Below, in pieces: positions 1-7,000 of a stretch of 14,632 nt of DNA. The stretch covers positions 1 to 14,632 of the forward strand of contig JBLWTJ010000007.1 in NCBI GenBank assembly GCA_048270185.1, in the 5' to 3' direction. A program made the translations under genes and the position numbers. This DNA is from Bacteriovoracaceae bacterium (lineage in GTDB: Bacteria > Bdellovibrionota > Bacteriovoracia > Bacteriovoracales > Bacteriovoracaceae). Positions within the stretch are counted from its first letter, which is position 1. Each line of letters opens with the position of its first letter. Under the pieces are notes generated by a model. That model ran no database searches, was not told where the DNA came from, and worked only from the letters and a program-made list of their open reading frames with translations.

Positions 1-1
1 T

Positions 2-2284
2 GACCCTGTTGTAACGAAATCACATATAAATGAAAATAGATATTATTCACCTATAGAGATTCATGCTAGAAGCTATAGCAATTTTGATTATTTTACTTAC
101 ATTTGTTTTACTGAGCAATGCGTTGACACAATGGGTAGAGACAATTCTATCAACGCATCGAAACTAAACATTTTCAGTTTAAATGGTTCTTTGCTAGTTA
201 ACCTTGAACCATTGAAAAGATACAAAAATGATAAATTGGTTATAGCCTCGCATGATCTGTTCAGTTCATTATTAGGAAAACTTTTAGCTAAGAATCTTGC
301 TGACAACGGATTTAAATTCAAAGGATTCACTTACCATTACTCTATGTACTTTGGAGCATTTGAAAGGTCAGTTATAAATGGTGAGCATATAGCTAGTTAC
401 GATGACAATATTCTTCAACCGTTAACTAAACTACTATCAGTTATAAACTATGAGTTTTTAGATAAAGACAGAGAGATTAATATTTATGCGTTGATAGTTG
501 TTAGCCTGATTTTTGGTGCTTTATCGGTCTCTAAAAACGGAAATATTTCTAAAACATCAAGTATTGGTTTTATTGTAATTTCATACATTCTTGTCAACTT
601 TTTCCACTTGAATCCTAAGTTGATAGATTTAGAGATTTTTGGTGTGTTATTTGCTGCACCACTGTTAGCAACGTACATTTATGTGACCACAGATAAGTGC
701 AAATATGCGATATTTTCTCTGATCGCGTACTGGCTAGCTTATAGCTTCATAAGTGTAAGTAGTATGATTAATTACGTGCTTTCATTCTATTCAATAGGTG
801 GTGTTCTTGTCATTGCATTTAGCTGTAAGAAAATTAAAGAAGATAAGGCTCGTATAGGTGAGAAATATTTTTTAACAGTAAAGCATCTTACAAACTGTAA
901 AGCTGGCTGGATAATTGAAAACAAGGAGGACTTACTTCGACATGTAAAAAACAAAAAATATCTGTTGAGATCTAATCATTTAACTAAAGAAGAAATGGAC
1001 GTTTCTGGAAAATTTGAAAGTTACTTGATTAGCGGAAAAGAAGACGCAATGCAAGTCTATGAAGCCGCTATTAAGGATGCAAACATCTTGCTAAAGCAAG
1101 ATGATATCCAATTCTGGCTCGTTCCATATGTGGAGACAACACTGAAAGGTGTAATGCAGTCAATTGGTACGAACATAGGGTTAGTTGGCATATCCTTGGG
1201 CGCTAATGATTCGGTTACGCTGGGAACTTCTAGCTCTTACTATGAAATAGATAGGGAAGGTAACTGCAAGAATTGGTCAGATTCAAAAATTACAAAGGCT
1301 AGATTACTCAAAAAACTGAAAGAAATCGAAGCTATTGAAGGTGTTCCAGTAATAGTTGAATTTGGCATTACCAGATTTGGAAAAATTGAGATTTTTCAAG
1401 TTAGACATCAATGTGTAGAATATTCTCACGAACAGACGCGTAATGCATTGAATGGTCGATACTCTGTTGTATTTAATGAGAGTTCTTCTATTTTAGGAGC
1501 ATCTGTATTGAGCAGCCTGAGTGAAGGTAGGATTGTCTTGGCAAAGGGAAGCATGTCCATGCTTAAGGTTATCGAGCCTAACCAAAGTTTAAGCTATATT
1601 GCGACACAAACCCGTCTTGTCGCGATCACTAAAGAATTGTCTGAAATTGACCTATCTAACTCGATCACAATAAATGCTAAGGTTAATTTGATTAAACAGA
1701 TTATTGATCCAATCATAACTTTGTACTTTAGTGGTAGCAGCATACTCTTTGAAACAGTTCGCGACAGTATCATACTGAATTGCGTTACCAGTGCGGTTTC
1801 TAAGTTTGGTGAATTGCCAGGATATGATCTCGCTGATAAGCCTGTACAAGTAAGTACAGAAAATAGTAACTTGAGTTCAACAACATATAAAGATGTATTG
1901 CACTTAATCGTATCTATTGCTTTGATTAGGCTGAGAAATGAACTTTGCTCAGAGTTTACAGATATTAGTCGAGTAGCTGGTAGTACAATTTCACAACTGG
2001 ATGAAAAAATCTTCATTGAAGATACCACTGAAACTAATAATATGAATGAAATGATAGTCGTAGTAGAAGGTTCATTTTCTGGTGAAACATATTCTGTTGA
2101 TGAGTTCTTAATGCTTTCAGAAAATGATCAGGCAAAGGCAGTGATTAAAGATGATTTTATACCTATCTCATATATGATGGATTGCATGAACGCTTCTGCA
2201 ATCATAGTGAGAAATGGAACTCCGCTTTCTCATGTTGCTCAAACAGCAAAGTCTCTAAAAGTTCCTTTTAAGATAGAGAATTAA
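2..2284 (+). CDS. Membrane-anchored PEP-utilising enzyme family protein (PPS/PPDK-like ATP-grasp + C-terminal phospho-His swivel domain), 5'-truncated by the window
   Basis: Frame is open from base 2 (DPVVTKSH...CVDT) into the ATG at 131, so the true start lies upstream. Several hydrophobic helices at about 478-820. PPS/PPDK-like motifs: IGEK...GWII, YLLRSN...SGKFESY (cf. VAVRSS...AGQxETY) and VEFGITRFGKIEIFQVR (cf. DIEWA...YILQAR). C-terminal AIIVRNGTPLSHVAQTAKSLKVP (cf. GGxTSHAAIVARELGIP), with the His codon at 2231-2233. Confidence 0.8.
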   Translation, partial: DPVVTKSHINENRYYSPIEIHARSYSNFDYFTYICFTEQCVDTMGRDNSINASKLNIFSLNGSLLVNLEPLKRYKNDKLVIASHDLFSSLLGKLLAKNLADNGFKFKGFTYHYSMYFGAFERSVINGEHIASYDDNILQPLTKLLSVINYEFLDKDREINIYALIVVSLIFGALSVSKNGNISKTSSIGFIVISYILVNFFHLNPKLIDLEIFGVLFAAPLLATYIYVTTDKCKYAIFSLIAYWLAYSFISVSSMINYVLSFYSIGGVLVIAFSCKKIKEDKARIGEKYFLTVKHLTNCKAGWIIENKEDLLRHVKNKKYLLRSNHLTKEEMDVSGKFESYLISGKEDAMQVYEAAIKDANILLKQDDIQFWLVPYVETTLKGVMQSIGTNIGLVGISLGANDSVTLGTSSSYYEIDREGNCKNWSDSKITKARLLKKLKEIEAIEGVPVIVEFGITRFGKIEIFQVRHQCVEYSHEQTRNALNGRYSVVFNESSSILGASVLSSLSEGRIVLAKGSMSMLKVIEPNQSLSYIATQTRLVAITKELSEIDLSNSITINAKVNLIKQIIDPIITLYFSGSSILFETVRDSIILNCVTSAVSKFGELPGYDLADKPVQVSTENSNLSSTTYKDVLHLIVSIALIRLRNELCSEFTDISRVAGSTISQLDEKIFIEDTTETNNMNEMIVVVEGSFSGETYSVDEFLMLSENDQAKAVIKDDFIPISYMMDCMNASAIIVRNGTPLSHVAQTAKSLKVPFKIEN

Positions 2285-2289
2285 GCATC

Positions 2290-2320
2290 AAACCCTCTTA
2301 AAACAAGAGGGTTTTTATTT
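2290..2320 (+). terminator. Rho-independent terminator
   Basis: AAACCCTCTT-aaaac-AAGAGGGTTT followed by TTATTT, a few nt after the stop at 2284. Confidence 0.85.
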
Positions 2321-2330
2321 GTAAAACAAA

Positions 2331-2358
2331 TTGACGACTGGTGTTTGCTGTGTATAAT
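2331..2358 (+). promoter_or_regulatory. sigma70-type promoter for the 2385-3821 operon
   Basis: TTGACG (2331-2336), 16 bp spacer, TATAAT (2353-2358); SD TAAGGA at 2371-2376 before ATG 2385. Confidence 0.7.
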
Positions 2359-2384
2359 AAGAACAATAAATAAGGAATGTAAAA

Positions 2385-3227
2385 ATGAAAATTATTTCGA
2401 AAGATAGTGATTATTACGATTCTTGTACAGCTTTTGGTCAGTCAGATGATAACTACGTCTTTGCACGCAATAAGAAAACGCACCTGCTACAGGAAGAGTC
2501 AGCGATTGAAGTTATCGACAAGTTACTGCAACTTGAAGCAAAGGAACTTAGGAAAATTTTCCGCGACATCTCAAGACGTAATACTTGGGGTACTAGATAC
2601 TCAGATCCATTTATTGAAGTTGGAGTTTTGATTTTTTGTGGAAAGAATTACCCTTTAATCACATTCTGTAGTGAAGCATTCCATCAATTCAATACTACTA
2701 GAACTGGATTAGAAAAGGTCATTGAATACATGTCGCTAAATGGCGTTAAATCAGAGCGAGAAATGCCTTATCTAACCTTTTACGATGCTGTATCGGCAAA
2801 GCGATTTATCACCAATATGAGCAATCTAGGCGCTTTCAAGGACGCAGATTATGGTCAAGCATATTGGTTTGACATCATTGAGCGAATTTTCAATGCTTTT
2901 AAACCTACAAATGATAGTGATTTTTATCGCCAATTGCTTGTAAACTACAATACGCCATACCTAAAAGTACATCGAATTAACTATAATTTTCAGTCATGCT
3001 CATTGAATATTGAAACCAATACAAACCTGAGATTACTACAATTCCAAAAGCAATTTTACCCTCAGCAGGCTTACCAAGAGATTGAGATGTTTTGCTGTGG
3101 AGTTCTAGGTTCAACTCAGGAAGAAATTATTCAAATTGCAGATGAGCACTTGAGAGATGCAAAAGGTTTTGATGGTAAATCGTTCAAAACAAGACCAGGA
3201 ACTAAAAAACGTAGAAAGCATAAATAA
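2385..3227 (+). CDS. Conserved hypothetical protein of phage/plasmid type (MxIISKxxDYYD ... AYQEIxM ... GFDxxSFK pattern), basic C-terminal tail
   Basis: 280-aa ORF with good SD and promoter. The terminal motifs resemble an uncharacterised family I recall from large phages. Ends in KKRRKHK. Confidence 0.8.
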   Translation: MKIISKDSDYYDSCTAFGQSDDNYVFARNKKTHLLQEESAIEVIDKLLQLEAKELRKIFRDISRRNTWGTRYSDPFIEVGVLIFCGKNYPLITFCSEAFHQFNTTRTGLEKVIEYMSLNGVKSEREMPYLTFYDAVSAKRFITNMSNLGAFKDADYGQAYWFDIIERIFNAFKPTNDSDFYRQLLVNYNTPYLKVHRINYNFQSCSLNIETNTNLRLLQFQKQFYPQQAYQEIEMFCCGVLGSTQEEIIQIADEHLRDAKGFDGKSFKTRPGTKKRRKHK

Positions 3228-3241
3228 TTAAGGGGTAATAA

Positions 3242-3508
3242 ATGTCTTCAATTACAATCGCAAAATCACAGAGCATAGTTTTAAACACAGACAAAATAAC
3301 GATCTCAAGAGCTGAAGACAACTCATTGAATTGTCAATTGAAATCAGAAAATCTTGAGGATATTGTAAAAGAGCTTGCAGAGCTGTACTGTATTCAACAG
3401 GATCAAATTGCGGAGCTTTCAAAAAGACCGAAGTTTGATCTGAGCACCGTACATGGAAGAGAACAAGCTGTCATAGCGAATCTCCCTCCTGAACTTAAAA
3501 GTTGCTAA
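3242..3508 (+). CDS. Hypothetical protein (88 aa, short coiled-coil segment)
   Basis: SD AAGGGG at 3230-3235, 14 nt after the upstream stop; operonic. Confidence 0.75.
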   Translation: MSSITIAKSQSIVLNTDKITISRAEDNSLNCQLKSENLEDIVKELAELYCIQQDQIAELSKRPKFDLSTVHGREQAVIANLPPELKSC

Positions 3509-3518
3509 GGATTACATA

Positions 3519-3821
3519 ATGAAAAATGTAGATACTGTTAAAAGACTTGCCGAATGTGGTCAGGAAGCTAAGAAATTATTTTCTGATTTGGCAAAAGACA
3601 TTGATCGTCAGGAGAATGCTGGATACGATCTCTGGACACACTTGCCATCTTATAAAGCCGCAGTAGCAGCTCATGGTGATTATGCAGTTGAACATAAACC
3701 TTCAGTAGCAGGCAGTATCATCGAAGCAGCAATGTTCCTTTCAGACAAGATGGAAGTTGAGCCTCATATAACTCCAGATAAAGCAGAATGGTACTCTTGC
3801 CCATGCGGACAAGAACACTAA
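3519..3821 (+). CDS. Hypothetical protein (100 aa) with C-terminal CPCGxxH putative metal-binding motif
   Basis: SD TAAGGA overlaps the upstream stop; ends WYSCPCGQEH. Confidence 0.8.
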   Translation: MKNVDTVKRLAECGQEAKKLFSDLAKDIDRQENAGYDLWTHLPSYKAAVAAHGDYAVEHKPSVAGSIIEAAMFLSDKMEVEPHITPDKAEWYSCPCGQEH

Positions 3822-3840
3822 TTTCACATTTTTGATATAA

Positions 3841-3863
3841 CAAGCCTGCTCTATGCAGGCTTG
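3841..3863. terminator. Hairpin between convergent genes (probable terminator)
   Basis: CAAGCCTGC-tctat-GCAGGCTTG, overlapping the stop of 3851-4309 (-); weak U tract. Confidence 0.55.
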
Positions 3864-4309
3864 ATAGTCTCTTTAAACTCTGATGCCAACAAGGGTAGAT
3901 TTAACTTCTTATATATTGTTGGGGAGTTTAGTGGGTATGAACTTTCTACAAGATGAACAATATCATTGAATAATGCGTGTTTTAATTTTTGCGACAAATA
4001 ATAAAGAACGTTGTCAAATTCAGCAGTGTTTTCGCTAGTTCCAAGTTCTACATATGAGACTGTACCAAGCTTACTCAATTCGGAGTAAATCCTAATAGTG
4101 AATTGAGCGCCTAAACAACTTCGAAGTAATACATCTTTTAGGTTTGATTTAATACTTCCATGCTCATATTCCCACTCAATATCGGTGCGCTTAACCCCGT
4201 TTTTTAAGCATGAATACCAATCATATAAGTATAAGATTAACTCTAATTTTCTTAATGAAATTGATTGGTTATTCCCAAATTCATCAATAATCCTCTTGAT
4301 TTCATTCAT
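3851..4309 (-). CDS. Panacea-domain (DUF4065/SocA/GepA-like) antitoxin homologue
   Basis: ISLRKLELILYLYDWYS...GVKRTDIEWEYEHGSI matches the Panacea N-terminal pattern (KLxKLLYLxDW...G..IT...W...YGP). C-terminal LVESSYP...LNL..LASEF is also typical. The usual GP is GS here. Confidence 0.7.
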   Translation of the reverse strand: MNEIKRIIDEFGNNQSISLRKLELILYLYDWYSCLKNGVKRTDIEWEYEHGSIKSNLKDVLLRSCLGAQFTIRIYSELSKLGTVSYVELGTSENTAEFDNVLYYLSQKLKHALFNDIVHLVESSYPLNSPTIYKKLNLPLLASEFKETIKPA

Positions 4310-4326
4310 TTTATTCTTTCTTTGTG

Positions 4327-4374
4327 TTGACTTTTGATTGTTACATTATATTATGATCACAGGCTTTAGAACAA
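4327..4374. promoter_or_regulatory. Overlapping divergent sigma70-like promoters
   Basis: + strand TTGACT (4327-4332)-16-TATTAT (4349-4354); - strand TTGTTC (4374-4369)-18-TATAAT (4350-4345). Confidence 0.45.
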
Positions 4375-4397
4375 GTCTAGCGTTAAGGTGTCAGTAA

Positions 4398-4502
4398 ATG
4401 ATAGCGAATACAAAGTTCATTAAATGGTCGTTTTATATCTTTTATTTAGCGGCTTTCGGTTTCCTTAGCAACTGTATAAATCAAAATGCCGCGCATAGCT
4501 AA
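4398..4502 (+). CDS. Small 34-aa single-TM membrane peptide (not in ORF track)
   Basis: MIANTKFIKWSFYIFYLAAFGFLSNCINQNAAHS*; SD TAAGGTG at 4384-4390, 7 nt before ATG; stop abuts the SD (AAGGT) of the next gene. Confidence 0.55.
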   Translation: MIANTKFIKWSFYIFYLAAFGFLSNCINQNAAHS

Positions 4503-4513
4503 AAGGTATTGAA

Positions 4514-5413
4514 ATGCGTAAATCCTACTCAACTTCTCAAATCCCTGCATTGAAACGTGGTATTCAACTACTTCGAAAAGCAATCAAATTTCATCAATAT
4601 GAACCATTGTTAACCCTAAAGTTAAATGAGCTGCAAGATCGTATTGCTGTTGGCTTGAAATTTGGATCGTTCAACGATTTGAGTACTGATGCTAAAAAGC
4701 ATGAAACCCCAATTTTCATGGACTGTTTTTGTGCGGAATCCAATTCAGAATGGCGCAACATTAGGGACTCGATCAAGAGAACGCTACTTGGGGAAATTGA
4801 TAACAGTGCTAAAGGTGAAATCCTGAAGTATATCGAAATGATATCCTGGTATCCCGCTGTTGACGAATCTATTGAACGTCTAAAAGAAGCCTCAGAAGAA
4901 ATCATTAATTATGCAGACAATTATGAGATTCCTAACCTTTTTTTGGTCTCAAATATTGATGAGAAAAATCGTTCGATAACGATTAGGTTGAATAATCCAG
5001 ATTTACGTTATGCGTATGGAACACTCGTACATCTAGAAAGTTCGTATCTAAGCCTTTCAGACTTAATGTTTACACGAAAGGACATTGTTGTTTACCACGT
5101 ACAGAGCATCAATAAAGGACATGAATTCAAAATTGAGTTCAATGACCATGCTCACAACAGACAATTTCTTCCTCAAGTTGCGGTGGTGGATGTTCAGGAT
5201 ATGAATATTGAAAGAACTCATGCTGTTGGCATAATTAAGGGTGAAAAGTCATACCACTATACACCGTTAACACACGTTTTAAAGTACGATCCTGATGAGT
5301 TCCTCAGTACTCAGCATGAGCTTGGGTTATGTAAAGTTGCTGAAGAAGAGTCTATTTTCCTTTCTCAGTTTCCCGATGGAATATCAAGAAAGCTCTACAA
5401 TGAAAAAGCGTAA
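4514..5413 (+). CDS. Hypothetical protein with N-terminal helical module resembling the Glyoxalase_8-type leader domain
   Basis: 299 aa, SD AAGGT. LKRGIQLLRK...LNELQDRIAVGLKFGSFNDL resembles KxxAKxLR...HSxALExxAxxxGFxxWNxL. Rest unrecognised. Confidence 0.7.
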   Translation: MRKSYSTSQIPALKRGIQLLRKAIKFHQYEPLLTLKLNELQDRIAVGLKFGSFNDLSTDAKKHETPIFMDCFCAESNSEWRNIRDSIKRTLLGEIDNSAKGEILKYIEMISWYPAVDESIERLKEASEEIINYADNYEIPNLFLVSNIDEKNRSITIRLNNPDLRYAYGTLVHLESSYLSLSDLMFTRKDIVVYHVQSINKGHEFKIEFNDHAHNRQFLPQVAVVDVQDMNIERTHAVGIIKGEKSYHYTPLTHVLKYDPDEFLSTQHELGLCKVAEEESIFLSQFPDGISRKLYNEKA

Positions 5414-5426
5414 GCTATTGGATTTG

Positions 5427-5449
5427 AGCCGCTCTTAGAGCGGCTTTTT
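5427..5449 (+). terminator. Rho-independent terminator between convergent genes
   Basis: AGCCGCTC-tta-GAGCGGCT followed by TTTT. Confidence 0.85.
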
Positions 5450-5784
5450 CATACCCAACCATCAATGCGTTCAGGTGAGTCTTTACCGCTCAGGATTCCA
5501 TGAATAGCAAGGTGTACTGCCATTGTAATTTGAGGATTATTGAAGGAAGACTCAATTGGGATTGAAGGTGTTAGCTGATTGAGAAAATCTGAAGTTGTAA
5601 ATTCACCAACGTGGTCGATGGTTCCGTCAGTTAGCGTTTCTTCTATGCGGATCTTGTTGTTGTCGATAAACACACCATATAGCTTGTGGAAGAGTACGGT
5701 TCTGACCTTAAACTGAGAATCATTTTCTTTATTAATATAATAACCACCTGAAAGAGGATAGTTCTTTTTACGTTTTCGTCGCAT
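5449..5784 (-). CDS. Hypothetical protein (111 aa), basic N-terminus
   Basis: ORF fills the gap up to the terminator; weak SD (GAG); starts MRRKRKK. Confidence 0.7.
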   Translation of the reverse strand: MRRKRKKNYPLSGGYYINKENDSQFKVRTVLFHKLYGVFIDNNKIRIEETLTDGTIDHVGEFTTSDFLNQLTPSIPIESSFNNPQITMAVHLAIHGILSGKDSPERIDGWV

Positions 5785-5867
5785 TGTTTAGCTCATTTTT
5801 TTATTTAGAATTCTAACTTACCAAATAACTTGTTGAAAATAAAGGGTTCAGTTAAAAGCATGAAAGG

Positions 5868-5885
5868 ATATTATCTAGATAATAT
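5868..5885. promoter_or_regulatory. Perfect 18-bp palindrome, candidate operator
   Basis: ATATTATCTAGATAATAT is its own reverse complement and lies mid-way in the divergent 5785-5975 intergenic region. Confidence 0.45.
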
Positions 5886-5975
5886 TTAAGCGATTAAAAA
5901 ATAACAAGAAAAAGCTTTTAATATGATATTTTACGAATATAATCGGATTAAAAATAAACAATAAAAAGTCTGGTT

Positions 5976-6674
5976 ATGAAAATTAATAAAAGAATAAGAA
6001 ATGTAATAAATACTATACCTCTCATTTCAAGTGTTATGCTTACAGGCTGTGCAGGTAATGGCTTAGTTACACCAACTACAGAAATGGATAATGTTGATCT
6101 TAAGTTTTTGGGTGTGCCAGGTGTATTAGCAATGCAAGGTAGTGCAGTAAGAATTGATGAAAACTGGCTTCTGACAGCAAAACATAACGCATTTTTTATA
6201 ATGTTTGATGATGTATATGAACACCCGTTGTGCGATATTGCTTTAATTAAGGATAAAGGCGAAATTGACACTCCAGTAAAATTCAAACTAGTGAATGAAG
6301 AAGAGAAAGTTACACACAAAGGGTATGGAAGCTTTTTGGCTATCCCCGCTAAAAGCGAGGGAGAGTTCTTACAATACTTGACTGTAAATAACTGTACAGT
6401 TGGATTAACAAATGCACCCGTTTGGGCTGGAATGTCTGGAGGCGCTGTATATAATTCAAATGAAGAGTTAATAGGAATAAATCAAGCTATTGTTTGGAGT
6501 GTGGAACTCAATGAGGGTTCTAAACCACTTAAAGAAGCGGATAGAAGAACAGCTTATACGCCAGTCTGTACTGAAGAAGTTGGTCAATGGATCGAAAAAG
6601 TAACAGGTGTTAAATATTGTGTTAAATACAAAGATGTAACCGCAAGGATTAATAAAGATGAGTCTAAGAAGTAA
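5976..6674 (+). CDS. Trypsin-like (PA clan) serine protease, predicted lipoprotein
   Basis: Basic N-terminus, hydrophobic stretch and lipobox LTGC (Cys25). GSAVRIDENWLLTAKH (His70), CDIALIK (Asp87), GMSGGAVYN...LIGI (Ser154): complete catalytic triad. Confidence 0.9.
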   Translation: MKINKRIRNVINTIPLISSVMLTGCAGNGLVTPTTEMDNVDLKFLGVPGVLAMQGSAVRIDENWLLTAKHNAFFIMFDDVYEHPLCDIALIKDKGEIDTPVKFKLVNEEEKVTHKGYGSFLAIPAKSEGEFLQYLTVNNCTVGLTNAPVWAGMSGGAVYNSNEELIGINQAIVWSVELNEGSKPLKEADRRTAYTPVCTEEVGQWIEKVTGVKYCVKYKDVTARINKDESKK

Positions 6675-6963
6675 AGTTGAAAATTTAATCAAAAAAAGCT
6701 CGGAAGATAACCTGCCTAAAGAGGTCATAAGCGAAAAAATTTATGAACTTTTGGAAGATGAAGGTTTATCTGTTTATGGAAACGGATGGGCAGATAACCC
6801 TACAGACTTATCCGAACTGATATCCTTGGATGATGAGGAAGCAATCAAAATTTCTTCATGTAAGATATTGTATGAACTAGATATGGCAGGGCTAGGACTT
6901 GATGGTAATGGTTGGTTTGATGGTGATCCAGAATGGAATGAGCTAGTTGAATTACATTGTTAA
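6658..6963 (+). CDS. Small acidic protein with internal duplication (two GNGWxD repeats)
   Basis: 101 aa, 24 D/E vs 8 K/R by hand count; SD AAGGA upstream; overlaps the protease gene by 17 nt. Confidence 0.8.
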   Translation: MSLRSKVENLIKKSSEDNLPKEVISEKIYELLEDEGLSVYGNGWADNPTDLSELISLDDEEAIKISSCKILYELDMAGLGLDGNGWFDGDPEWNELVELHC

Positions 6964-6964
6964 T

Positions 6965-6996
6965 AAAAAAGCCTTTAACCATCAGGTTAAAGGCTT
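6965..6996 (-). terminator. Rho-independent terminator (U tract on - strand; possibly bidirectional)
   Basis: AAGCCTTTAACC-atca-GGTTAAAGGCTT, preceded by an A run at 6965-6970. Confidence 0.85.
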
Positions 6997-7000
6997 CAAT

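Noticed and set aside
97..2028. Minus-strand ORFs 97-330, 484-678, 1594-2028 and 1652-1849
   Set aside because: Antisense shadows of the long motif-bearing + strand gene; no motifs of their own.
131..2284. Calling the first gene ppsA, ppdK, rph or yidC
   Set aside because: No PEP/pyruvate barrel, motifs are divergent, substrate is unknown and the YidC similarity is only local; no symbol is justified.
2407..2631. Alternate-frame 74-aa ORF
   Set aside because: Nested in 2385-3227; no SD or recognisable features.
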